Source: Candidatus Saccharimonadota bacterium
Lineage (GTDB): Bacteria; Patescibacteriota; Microgenomatia; UBA1406; GWC2-37-13
Reading direction: 5' to 3'
NCBI GenBank assembly: GCA_016699265.1
Contig: CP064967.1
Location: 90,001-122,000 of the forward strand
DNA length: 32,000 nucleotides
Under the pieces are notes generated by a model, which was given only the letters and a program-made list of their open reading frames with translations, did not search any database and had not been told where the DNA came from. The position numbers and the translations under genes are program-made. This document shows positions 1 to 11,506 of this stretch, piece after piece (position 1 is the stretch's first letter; every line of letters begins with the position of its first letter).

Positions 1-111
1 ATGTAGGTATTGGAACAACAGCACCTGGGGCCAAGCTTGATGTTGTTGGTTCAGGTCTATTCTCCCAGAACCTTACAGTCACTGGATCAGTCTCTGCTGG
101 ATCACTAACTG

Positions 112-1077
112 TTGGAGGACACCATCACAGACTTTACAGGTACAGGACTTAGTGCAGCTGGTAACACACTTGTCACCACCCTTGGTACCTCAATCTCAAA
201 CGGGGAGCTTGATAACTCTACAATCACCTTTGCTGGTGACTTAGGCTCCTCAACAACAGCATTAGGTGCTACAAGAACAATCTCAGGTGGTACAAACGGT
301 ATTGACACCTCAGACAACAATGCCGGTACCTTAACCATTAACTTTGACTCTACAGAGGTTGGAACCACCACCTTTGGTTCAGGGTCTGCTTTTGCCTGGA
401 CCTTTGACTCAACTGCTGGAACCGATACCTCAATTGCCTTTGGATCTAACTCTCAGATCTTTACCTCAGGGACCGCCTCATTCTCAGGAAGACTTGGTAT
501 TGGTACAACCGCTCCTACCGTTTCACTTGATGTTGTTGGTTCAGGTCTATTCTCCCAGAACCTTACAGTCACTGGTTCAGTCTCTGCTGGATCACTAACT
601 GTTGGAGGAGACACCATCACAGACTTTACAGGTACAGGACTTAGTGCAGCTGGTAACACACTTGTCACCACCCTTGGTACCTCAATCTCAAACGGGGAGC
701 TTGATAACTCTACAATCACCTTTGCTGGTGACTTAGGCTCCTCAACAACAGCATTAGGCGCTACAAGAACAATCTCAGGTGGTACAAACGACAACAATGC
801 CGGTACCTTAACCATTAACTTTGACTCTACAGAGGTTGGAACCACCACCTTGGTTCAGGATCTGCTTTTGCCTGGACCTTTGACTCAACTGCTGGAACCG
901 ATACCTCAATTGCCTTTGGATCTAACTCTCAGATCTTTACCTCAGGTACTGCTTCATTCTCAGGAAGACTTGGTATTGGTACAACCGCTCCTACCGTTTC
1001 ACCTGGAGCTGGAGTCTTCTCAACTAACTCTTACCGTTAACGGGAACACAACCCTTGGAGATAACACACAGGTTTAA
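112..1077 (+). pseudogene. Fibre-gene fragment (authentic frame about 112-846, then off-frame)
   Basis: The ORF translation matches module A twice. It switches to the +1-frame peptide LVQDLLLPGPLTQLLEP after losing one t in the ttt at about 846. Confidence 0.6.
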
Positions 1078-3529
1078 TCAGGTGTATCAGGTGCAGGTGT
1101 TTCATTTGCCTCCTCAACATTTGGAACATGTACCGCCCTTGAGACAGTCGGTGGAGTCTTGACCTGCGGATCTGATGCTGGTGGATCAGACTCAGGTTGG
1201 ATTGATGGTGGATCAAACGTCTATCTTATTACCTCCTCTGACAATGTGGTATTGGAACAACAGCACCTGGGGCCAAGCTTGATGTTGTTGGTTCAGGTCT
1301 ATTCTCCCAGAACCTTACAGTCACTGGATCAGTCTCTGCTGGATCACTAACTGTTGGAGGGGACACCATCACAGACTTTACAGGTACAGGACTTAGTGCA
1401 GCTGGTAACACACTTGTCACCACCCTTGGTACCTCAATCTCAAACGGGGAGCTTGATAACTCTACAATCACCTTTGCTGGTGACTTAGGCTCCTCAACAA
1501 CAGCATTAGGTGCTACAAGAACAATCTCAGGTGGTACAAACGGTATTGACACCTCAGACAACAATGCCGGTACCTTAACCATTAACTTTGACTCTACAGA
1601 GGTTGGAACCACCACCTTTGGTTCAGGGTCTGCTTTTGCCTGGACCTTTGACTCAACTGCTGGAACCGATACCTCAATTGCCTTTGGATCTAACTCTCAG
1701 ATCTTTACCTCAGGTACTGCTTCATTCTCAGGAAGACTTGGTATTGGTACAACTCCCTACCGTTTCACTTGATGTTGTTGGAGCTGGTCTCTTCTCCCAG
1801 AACCTCTCAACTAACAGTCTCTTGGAGATAACTGTTGGAGGACACCAACCAGACTTTAAGGCAGGACTTAGTGCAGCTGGAACATTTGGCCTCCTCAACA
1901 TTGGATAACATAATCACCTTTGACAGTCGGTGACTTGACATCTGATGAACAATTGGACAAAATGCAGGTGTATAACCAACTTCAAGTTCAGACAATGCTG
2001 AAATTCAACCAACTCTCAATTTTTGCTCAAACCTCAAATCTTTTGACTCTCAGACTAACAATTTCCGTTTGGAACAGGGGGAACACAATCACCAGTGCAC
2101 CATTGCCTTTAATGCAGGTGTCAGACATTTGTCCTCAACATTTGGAACATGTACCGCCCTTGAGACTCGGTGGAGTCTTGACCTGCGGATCTGATGCTGG
2201 TGGATCAGACTCAGGTTGGATTGATGGTGGATCAAACGTCTATCTTATTACCTCCTCTGACAATGTAGGTATTGGAACAACAGCACCTGGGGAAGCTTGA
2301 TGTTGTTGGTTCAGGTCTATTCTCCCAGAACCTTACAGTCACTGGATCAGTCTCTGCTGGATCACTAACTGTTGGAGGGACACCATCAACCAGGACTTAG
2401 TGCAGCTGGTAACACAACCCTTGGTACCTCAATCTCAAACGGGAGCTTGATAACTCTACAATCACCTTTGCTGGTGACTTAGGCTCCTCAACAACAGCAT
2501 TAGGTGCTACAAGAACAATCTCAGGTGGTACAAACGGTATTGACACCTCAGACAACAATGCCGGTACCTTAACCATTAACTTTGACTCTACAGAGGTTGG
2601 AACCACCACCTTTGGTTCAGGGTCTGCTTTTGCCTGGACCTTTGACTCAACTGCTGGAACCGATACCTCAATTGCCTTTGGATCTAACTCTCAGATCTTT
2701 ACCTCAGGGACCGCCTCCTTCTCAGGAAGACTTGGTATTGGTACAACTGCTCCAACCGTTTCACTTGATGTTGTTGGTTCAGGTCTATTCTCCCAGAACC
2801 TTACAGTCACTGGATCAGTCTCTGCTGGATCACTAACTGTTGGAGGAGACACCATCACAGACTTTACAGGTACAGGACTTAGTGCAGCTGGTAACACACT
2901 TGTAACCACCCTTGGTACCTCAATCTCAAACGGGGAGCTTGATAACTCTACAATCACCTTTGCTGGTGACTTAGGCTCCTCAACAACAGCATTAGGCGCT
3001 ACAAGAACAATCTCAGGTGGTACAAACGGTATTGACACCTCAGACAACAAATGCCGGTACCTTAACCATTAACTTTGACTCTACAGAGGTTGGAACCACC
3101 ACCTTTGGTTCAGGGATCTGCTTTTGCCTGGACCTTTGACTCAACTGCTGGAACCGATACCTCAATTGCCTTTGGATCTAACTCTCAGATCTTTACCTCA
3201 GGTACTGCTTCATTCTCAGGAAGACTTGGTATTGGTACAACCGCTCCTACCGTTTCACTTGATGTTGTTGGAGCTGGTCTCTTCTCAACTAACCTTACCG
3301 TTAACGGGAACACAACCCTTGGAGATAACACCAGTGACACCATAACCTTTAATGCAGGTGTATCAGGTGCAGGTATATCATTTGCCTCCTCAACATTTGG
3401 AACAGCCCTTGAGAGAGTCTTGACCTGCGGATCTGATGCTGGTGGATCAGAAGGTTGGATTGATGGTGGATCAAACGTCTATCTTATTACCTCCTCTGAC
3501 AATGTAGGTTCATTGGAACAACAGCACTC

Positions 3530-4309
3530 TTGCTTGGTAAGCTTGATGTTGTTGGTTCAGGTCTATTCTCCCAGAACTCTCCCACAGTCACTGGATCAGT
3601 CTCTGCTGGATCACTAACTGTTGGAGGAGACACCATCACAGACTTTACAGGTACAGGACTTAGTGCAGCTGGTAACACACTTGTCACCACCCTTGGTACC
3701 TCAATCTCAAACGGGGAGCTTGATAACTCTACAATCACCTTTGCTGGTGACTTAGGCTCCTCAACAACAGCATTAGGCGCTACAAGAACAATCTCAGGTG
3801 GTACAAACGGTATTGACACCTCAGACAACAATGCCGGTACCTTAACCATTAACTTTGACTCTACAGAGGTTGGAACCACCACCTTTGGTTCAGGATCTGC
3901 TTTTGCCTGGACCTTTGACTCAACTGCTGGAACCGATACCTCAATTGCCTTTGGATCTAACTCTCAGATCTTTACCTCAGGTACTGCTTCATTCTCAGGA
4001 AGACTTGGTATTGGTACAACTCTCCCAGAACCTTACAGTCACTGGATCAGTCTCTGCTGGATCACTAACTTCACACCATCACAGACTTTACAGGACTTAG
4101 TGCAGCTGGAGTCACTTGTCACCACCCTTGGTACCTCAATCTCAAACAGGGAGCTTGATAACTTTACAATCACCTTTGCTTACTTGGGCTCCTCAACAAC
4201 AACATTAGGCGCTACAAGAACAATCTCAGGAAAAACAGATACCTCCATTAACTTTGACTCTACAGAGGTTGGAACCACCACCTTTGGTTCAGGATCTGCT
4301 TTTGCCTGA
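3530..4309 (+). pseudogene. Fibre-gene fragment (module A plus a truncated A)
   Basis: The ORF carries LDVVGSGLFSQN...GRLGIGTT, then a junction at 4020/4021 where about 80 bp of the module boundary are missing. Confidence 0.6.
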
Positions 4310-4337
4310 CCTTTGACTCAACTTAACCGATACCTCA

Positions 4338-5021
4338 ATGCCTTTGGATCTAACTCTCAGATCTTGGACCTCAGGTACTGCTTCATTCTCAGGAAGACTT
4401 GGTATTGGTACAACCGCTCCAACCGTTTCACTTGATGTTGTTGGTTCAGGTCTATTCTCCCAGAACCTTGACACTGGTTCAGTCTCTGCTGGATCACTAA
4501 CTGTTGGAGGAGACACCATCACAGACTTTACAGGTACAGGACTTAGTGCAGCTGGTAACACACTTGTCACCACCCTTGGTACCTCAATCTCAAACGGGGA
4601 GCTTGATAACTCTACAATCACCTTTGCTGGTGACTTAGGCTCCTCAACAACAGCATTAGGTGCTACAAGAACAATCTCAGGTGGTACAAACGGTATTGAC
4701 ACCTCACCGGTACCTCTAACCATTAACTTTGACTCTACAGAGGTTGGAACCACCACCTTGGTTCAGGATCTGCTTTTGCCTGGACTTGGCTTTGACTCAA
4801 CTGCTGGAACCGATACCTCAATTGCCTTTGGATCTAACTCTCAGATCTTTACCTCAGGGACCGCCTCCTTCTCAGGAAGACTTGGTATTGGAACAACTCC
4901 CCCTACCACATTGTTGGTTCAGGTCTATTCTCCCAGAACCTTACAGTCACTGGGTTCAGTCTGCTGGATCACTAACTGTTGGAGGAGACACCATCACAGA
5001 CTTTACAGGTACAGGACTTAG
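4338..5021 (+). pseudogene. Fibre-gene fragment
   Basis: Authentic module A frame about 4365-4750 and 4795-4905, off-frame elsewhere. Confidence 0.55.
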
Positions 5022-5421
5022 TGCAGCTGGTAACACACTTGTCACCACCCTTGGTACCTCAATCTCAAACAGGGAGCTTGATAACTCTACAATCACCTTT
5101 GCTGGTGACTTAGGCTCCTCAACAACAGCATTAGGCGCTACAAGAACAATCTCAGGTGGTACAAACGGTATTGACACCTCAGACAACAATGCCGGTACCT
5201 TAACCATTAACTTTGACTCTACAGAGGTTGGAACCACCACCTTTGGTTCAGGATCTGCTTTTGCCTGGACCTTTGACTCAACTGCTGGAACGGATACCTC
5301 AATTGCCTTTGGATCTAACTCTCAGATCTTCACCTCAGGGACCGCTTCCTTCTCAGGAAGACTTGGTATTGGTAATGCTCCAACCGTTTCACATGTTGTT
5401 GAGCTGAGTCTTCTCAACTAA
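4729..5421 (+). pseudogene. Fibre-gene fragment
   Basis: Off-frame at the start (MTLQRLEPPP is the +1 frame of module A). Authentic module A frame from about 4960 to 5400. Confidence 0.55.
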
Positions 5422-6837
5422 CCTTACCGTTAACGGGAACACAACCCTGGAGATAACACCAGTGACACCATAACCTTTAATGCAGGTGTATCAGGTGCAG
5501 GTATATCATTTGCCTCCTCAACATTTGGAACATGTACCGCCCTTGAGACAGTCGGTGGAGTCTTGACCTGCGGATCTGATGCTGGTGGATCAGACTCAGG
5601 TTGGATTGATGGTGGATCAAACGTCTATCTTATTACCTCCTCTGACAATGTAGGTATTGGAACAACAGCACCTGGGGCCAAGCTTGATGTTGTTGGTTCA
5701 GGTCTATTCTCCCAGAACCTTACAGTCACTGGATCAGTCTCTGCTGGATCACTAACTGTTGGAGGGGACACATCACAGACTTTACAGGTACAGGACTTAG
5801 TGCAGCTGGTAACACACTTGTCACCACCCTTGGTACCTCAATCTCAAACGGGAGCTTGATAACTCTACAATCACCTTTGCTGGTGACTTAGGCTCCTCAA
5901 CAACAGCATTAGGCGCTACAAGAACAATCTCAGGTGGTACAAACGGTATTGACACCTCAGACAACAATGCCGGTACCTTAACCATTAACTTTGACTCTAC
6001 AGAGGTTGGAACCACCACCTTTGGTTCAGGGTCTGCTTTTGCCTGGACCTTTGACTCAACTGCTGGAACCGATACCTCAATTGCCTTTGGATCTAACTCT
6101 CAGATCTTTACCTCAGGGACTGCCTCTTCTCAGGAAGACTTGGTATTGGTACAACCGCTCCTACCGTTTCACTTGATGTTGTTGGTTCAGGTCTATTCTC
6201 CCAGAACCTTACAGTCACTGGTTCAGTCTCTGCTGGATCACTAAACTGTTGGAGGAGACACCATCACAGACTTTACAGGTACAGGACTTAGTGCAGCTGG
6301 TAACACACTTGTCACCACCCTTGGTACCTCAATCTCAAACGGGGAGCTTGATAACTCTACAATCACCTTTGCTGGTGACTTAGGCTCCTCAACAACAGCA
6401 TTAGGCGCTACAAGAACAATCTCAGGTGGTACAAACGGTATTGACACTCAGACAACAATGCCGGTACCTTAACCATTAACTTTGACTCTACAGAGGTTGG
6501 AACCACCACCTTTGGTTCAGGATCTGCTTTTGCCTCTGGACCTTTGACTCAACTGCTGGAACCGATACCTCAATTGCCTTTGGATCTAACAGATCTTTAC
6601 CTCAGGTACTGCTTCATTCTCAGGAAGACTTGGTATTGGTACAACCGCTCCTACCGTTTCACTTGATGTTGTTGGAGCTGGAGTCTTCTCAACTAACCTT
6701 ACCGTTAACGGAACACAACCCTTGGAGATAACACCAGTGACACCATAACCTTTAATGCAGGTGTATCAGGTGCAGGTATATCATTTGCCTCCTCAACATT
6801 TGGAACATGTACCGCCCTTGAGACAGTCGGTGGAGTC

Positions 6838-7797
6838 TTGACCTGCGGATCTGATGCTGGTGGATCAGACTCAGGTTGGATTGATGGTGGATCAAACGTC
6901 TATCTTATTACCTCCTCTGACAATGTAGGTATTGGAACAACAGCACCTGGGGCCAAGCTTGATGTTGTTGGTTCAGGTCTATTCTCCCAGAACCTTACAG
7001 TCACTGGATCAGTCTCTGCTGGATCACTAACTGTTGGAGGGGACACCATCACAGACTTTACAGGTACAGGACTTAGTGCAGCTGGTAACACACTTGTCAC
7101 CACCCTTGGTACCTCAATCTCAAACGGGGAGCTTGATAACTCTACAATCACCTTTGCTGGTGACTTAGGCTCCTCAACAACAGCATTAGGCGCTACAAGA
7201 ACAATCTCAGGTGGTACAAACGGTATTGACACCTCAGACAACAATGCCGGTACCTTAACCATTAACTTTGACTCTACAGAGGTTGGAACCACCACCTTTG
7301 GTTCAGGGTCTGCTTTTGCCTGGACCTTTGACTCAACTGCTGGAACCGATACCTCAATTGCCTTTGGATCTAACTCTCAGATCTTTACCTCAGGGACTGC
7401 TTCATTCTCAGGAAGACTTGGTATTGGTACAACCGCTCCAACCGTTTCACTTGATGTTGTTGGTTCAGGTCTATTCTCCCAGAACCTTACAGTCACTGGA
7501 TCAGTCTCTGCTGGATCACTAACTGTTGGAGGAGACACCATCACAGACTTTACAGGTACAGGACTTAGTGCAGCTGGTAACACACTTGTCACCACCCTTG
7601 GTACCTCAATCTCAAACGGGGAGCTTGATAACTCTACAATCACCTTTGCTGGTGACTTAGGCTCCTCAACAACAGCATTAGGCATTAGGCAAGAACTACA
7701 AGGTACAAAACGGTCACCTCAGACAACAACAACGGTACCTGGACTCCAGAGGTTGGAACCACCACCTTTGGTTCAGGATCTGCTTTTCCCACCTTGA
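6838..7797 (+). pseudogene. Longest intact stretch of the array (end of B, a full A, and half of the next A)
   Basis: LTCGSDAGGSDSGWIDGG...VGIGTTAPGAKLDVVGSG... is in frame to about 7680, after which the sequence degenerates. Confidence 0.65.
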
Positions 7798-9028
7798 CTC
7801 AACTGCTGGAACCGATACCAATGCCTTTGGATCTAACTTCAGATCTTTACCTCAGGTACTACTCAGGAAGACTTGGAATTGGTACAACTGCTCCTACCGT
7901 TCACTTGATGTTGTTTTGGTTCAGGGATCTGGAGATAACTTTTTGCCTGCTGGTGACTTTGACTCAACTTTGGAACTGCACAATGGGATCTAACTCTCGG
8001 ATCAACAATGCTCTCAGTCAAACAACAAGGACTTGGTATTGGTCACCGGTTCAGGTCTAACTTCAGAACTTCTGAACCACCTTGGACTCTTTGCCTGGAC
8101 CTTTGACTCAACTAACCGATACCTCAATTGCCTTCTCAGATCTTACCTCAGGTACAGATCCCTTGGAGATGGAATATGAACATAACCTTAATATCTTGTT
8201 GGAGCCTCAGAACTGGATGGAAAGGTATTCTCAGACAACAATGCCGGTACCTACAACTTTGATGGTAAATGTTAACCTTTTGACAAATTTGCTGGAGACC
8301 TCAGGGTCTGCGGATCTGAGCTGGTTCAGACTCCAGTTGACCTCAACGGCTCACAACAGAAACATGGAATGGTGGATGGACTCAGGTGGATCCTCGATAC
8401 TCTTGGATTCTATCTTAAGAACTCATCAGTCTCTGCTGGATCACTAACTCAAACATGACAATCAGGAATGAAGAACAATCTCAGGTGGTACAAACTTATT
8501 GACATTCGACTCTGCAGAGGTTCCAAACACTTTGTTCAGGGTCTGCTAGTTCTCAACTCTGGAACCGATACTGGTAAACTAAATTTGCCTCAGGGACTAA
8601 CTAACAGGGGAAATGCCAACTTTACTTTACAGGTTCAGGACTTAGTGGAGCTGATCTGATACCTGCTGACTCGTTCAATCAATGCCGGTACCTGTTTAAA
8701 TGGAACCGACACTCGGATTGGATGGCCCTTCTAAATCAACCGGAAATTTCCGGGAACAAACCCGTTAATTATCTTCTCTGTCATCCTGGAAACAACCTCC
8801 CTCCATTAGGTTTACAAACGGTTCAACAACAAACATTTGGAGTGAACAATCTCTATTTAGCCAAACGGTACCTGACACTTAGCACTGGTACTAACCATTA
8901 ACTCTTGACATCTACAGAGGCAAAACCACCACCTTTGATTCGGTTCAGGATCTGACTTTGTTGGACCTTTGACTCAATGCAAGAACAATCTCAGGACAAA
9001 ACGATTTCTAGTCAACAGGCAACCTGCA
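7681..9028 (+). other. Scrambled, non-coding-looking zone built from short fragments of fibre modules
   Basis: Recognisable words (ggaagacttggaattggtacaactgctcctacc, gacctttgactcaact, atctcaggtggtacaaac) are separated by deletions and substitutions. The authentic frame changes every few tens of bp. Confidence 0.7.
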
Positions 9029-9450
9029 GACACCAATGCAACTCAATATCAATCTTCCTCATCAAACAAATGCAGATACTCTGCTTGGAAGACTTAACAT
9101 TGCCAATATTACTGGAGGCTCAGCGGTTGAGAGAGGTATTCAAATCAGATCAGGTTGGGACTCAAACCACTGTACTTTAACGACTCAACCAATCGCAAAC
9201 TCTGGCACCTTTTTACTCTCAACGATGGAACAAACACCTTGTTCTCAATCGTTGATGCAGGAACAACTGGTAACGTAACTACAACCGGCACATTCAACGT
9301 TAACTAACAACACAACCCTTGGAGATGCAACAACAGATACGGTTACACTAACTGCAAAGATTGCTGGGGCCTCAGGATCTGCTCTTGGCTTCTCAGACGG
9401 TTCTTTCACCACCTGTACCGCACTTGAGACTGTAGCTGGAATGCTTACCT

Positions 9451-10062
9451 GTGGAACTGACGATGTTGGAGGTGGAGCAGGGTATGGACAGATGGTACTG
9501 CCACAGCATATCTTGCAGTCTCCTCAGACTGGGTGGTATTGGAACCTCCACTCCAACAGACAAAGTCAATATCCTAGCCTCAACATCAGGATCAGCATCA
9601 TTTGATGGACTACAGATCGACTTCACCCAGTCAGATGACACCGATTCCACAGATGCCAATGCAGGACTAAATATCAACATCACATCGTCTTCCTCAGATC
9701 CAGATACCTTGTACGGAATCAATATCGCAGCAATTACTGGAGGTAGTGCAAGAGAGACAGAACTAAATGTGGGATCAGGTTGGGATTACTCCGCCTTATT
9801 TGCAGGTAAAGTAGGAATTGGGACGACCGCACCATCGAACGTTCTATCCGTCTACACAACTACAGCCAATGATGGCATCTATCTTGATGGTACAGATCGA
9901 CCAACTATACAGATCGCATCAAGCGGTGTAACGCGAGCTCGATTCGGTGTTTCTACCGGAGCAGGCCAATCATCTGACTCAGTCGCAAATGATGTAGTCA
10001 TTAGAACGGAAGGCACAAATCTACTATTTAATACAAACGGAGGATCATCAATGCTGCATTAG
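9451..10062 (+). pseudogene. Fragment of the degraded 2592-bp unit
   Basis: From about 9535 the translation matches residues GIGTSTPTDKVNILASTSGSASFDGLQIDF...NTNGGSS of the 11507-16309 ORF. Confidence 0.6.
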
Positions 10063-10156
10063 CGCTAAGCAGCACAGGTACAGCATTATTCAAAACACAA
10101 CCAACTCTACAACTGCTTTCGTAGTTCAGAACTCTGGAGGTACGAGCCTACTAAAT

Positions 10157-10609
10157 GTGGATACTTCAAACAACCGTATAACTTTGAAGGCAGATATTGA
10201 GACGTCCAATAATATCAGCAGTCCTTATGGCGGAACAGGTGTAATAGGAAACAGACTCGGTTTGTCAGAAGAGCTCGAAAATACTTTTCTATGGACGGCA
10301 AATAATCTAACAGTAACAGCCAACAACAGCTCAGCTCCAGACGCGACCCTGACAGCAGACACACTAAGTGGTTCGGCTGCAAATAGTACATTAACCTATA
10401 CTAACAGCGACATTGATGGTGCAGGCACTTACACATTTAGCATATGGCTTAAATCAAACGCCGGTAATATACCATCAACAATTCGTCTAGACTCTACGGC
10501 GGGTAGTCCTACTACCGGTACCGCAGTCAACATAACTGCTACTACCGAATGGAAGCGTTTCAGTGTGACCCAAACCTTCACTGGTAGCCCAACAGCCATT
10601 AGTCGGTAA
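10157..10609 (+). pseudogene. Fragment of the degraded 2592-bp unit (CBM-like part)
   Basis: VDTSNNRITLKADIE...TEWKRFSVTQTFTGSPTAIS is nearly identical to the clean copy at about 12749-13195. Confidence 0.6.
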
Positions 10610-11506
10610 TAACCATTACGAACAGTGGAGAAACCATTGTTGCGTGGGGAGCTCAGGTCAATCAGGCACCAGTATGGGAGTGTATACGCCAGGTGGAACG
10701 CATTCAAATCAGGAAGCTGGCGTCGTAGTCAACGGTTTACTACGACTATTTAGTAACGAGGATAGCGGAGGATATGCAGCAATTATATTTGGTTCCGGAG
10801 ACAGCAATTACAGTACTGCTCTAAGCAAAAGTGGTTTTGCAAGTACCAGGCAATACAGGTGATTTTGCATTTAACATAGATACGACGGATGGATTATTCA
10901 AATTTCAGTCAGGTTATGGGACGGCCCTTACTATAAAACCATCTGCTTATAATACCGGGACAGGTATCTTAATTTCTGGTTCGGCGCCAAGTTCCGTAAC
11001 CCAAACCAGCTGCGGTCACGGGCCTCAGCCTAAATCAGTCCACTAACTTTACTGTTCCAAACAGTTCTGCCGGAAATCAAACAGGCATTAACCTAACCAT
11101 AAAAGACGGTGGAGCCTCCGCAACCTCGAAAGGTATCTCTATTCAGGGTACTGCTGACACAGGTATAAGCTTTGGCGGAACTATAACCAATCTTATAGAT
11201 GCGACGAACTTCAAGGTTTCGAGCCTTGGAGTAGCTACTCTTGGCTCTGCGAACCAAGCTGGTTCGCTCGTCATCAATGACGGAACTAGTAGTACTGTTA
11301 CTATTAAATCCGGAACTCAGGTAGCTGCTACTAACTATGACATTACTATTCCCGCCATTACGGGCAGCGACATAATCTGCTTACAATCGTTCGCTAACTG
11401 TGGTGGAGCAAGCGTATGGATAGACGGAACCGCTAATGCATATCTTTCGGTCTCCTCAGACTGGGTAGGTATTGGGACCTCAACTCCAACTGATAAGCTA
11501 AACGTA

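Larger units (their letters stand above)
1..7680 (+). repeat. Tandem coding-repeat array of module A (492 bp, 164 aa) and module B (297 bp, 99 aa), mostly in A-A-B order (about 1281-bp super-repeat). About 13 A and 5 B copies; the window starts inside a B copy.
   Basis: The anchor word cttgatgttgttgg (LDVVG) reads at 36, 526, 1278, 1768, 2296, 2764, 3258, 3542, 4432, 5683, 6172, 6662, 6958 and 7450. The cleanest copies are A = 6958-7449 and B = 6662-6957 (one base short of 297). A = LDVVGSGLFSQNLTVTG...GRLGIGTTAPTVS. B = LDVVGAGVFSTNLTVNG...CTALETVGGVLTCGSDAGG...VGIGTTAPGAK. Confidence 0.92.
1..11506 (+). pseudogene. Frame-broken 5'/central part of a giant fibre/adhesin gene. It is either truly disrupted or carries repeat-region assembly errors.
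   Basis: Module homology is continuous on the + strand, but the authentic frame survives only in runs of at most about 285 codons (longest 6838-7680). There are many 1-2 bp indels relative to sister copies. No start codon with a signal peptide occurs anywhere in this span. Confidence 0.7.

Noticed and set aside
344-7522. Recurrent + strand ORFs starting MTLQRLEPPPLVQGLLLPGPLTQLLEPIPQLPLDLTLRS (for example 344-598, 1588-1908, 2582-2836, 7268-7522)
   Set aside because: This is the +1 frame of module A (the real frame reads NFDSTEVGTTTFGSGSAFAWTFDSTAGTD). They are alternative-frame artefacts of the repeat.
105-7685. Recurrent minus-strand ORFs in the array (MVVPTSVESKLMVKVPALLSEVSIPFVPPEIVLVAPNAVVEEPKSPAK...), for example 105-371, 453-848, 1229-1615, 3487-3882 and 6900-7295
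   Set aside because: They are the antisense frame of module A and stay open only because of the biased codon composition. They repeat with the module, have no independent start or regulatory context, and their Pro/Val/Ser-rich sequence resembles no protein I recognise.
8740-8753. Perfect 14-bp palindrome ccggaaatttccgg inside the scrambled zone
   Set aside because: About two such 7+7 palindromes are expected by chance in 32 kb. It has no repeat partners or gene context.
1-9028. CRISPR array
   Set aside because: The repeat units are 297-492 bp coding modules that directly abut one another. There are no short 25-40 bp direct repeats with unique spacers and no cas genes.
1-11506. Alternative genetic code (stop-codon reassignment) as an explanation for the broken ORFs
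   Set aside because: The breaks are true frame changes, and the homologous peptide continues in another frame. All housekeeping genes from 17147 to 32000 are intact under the standard code.
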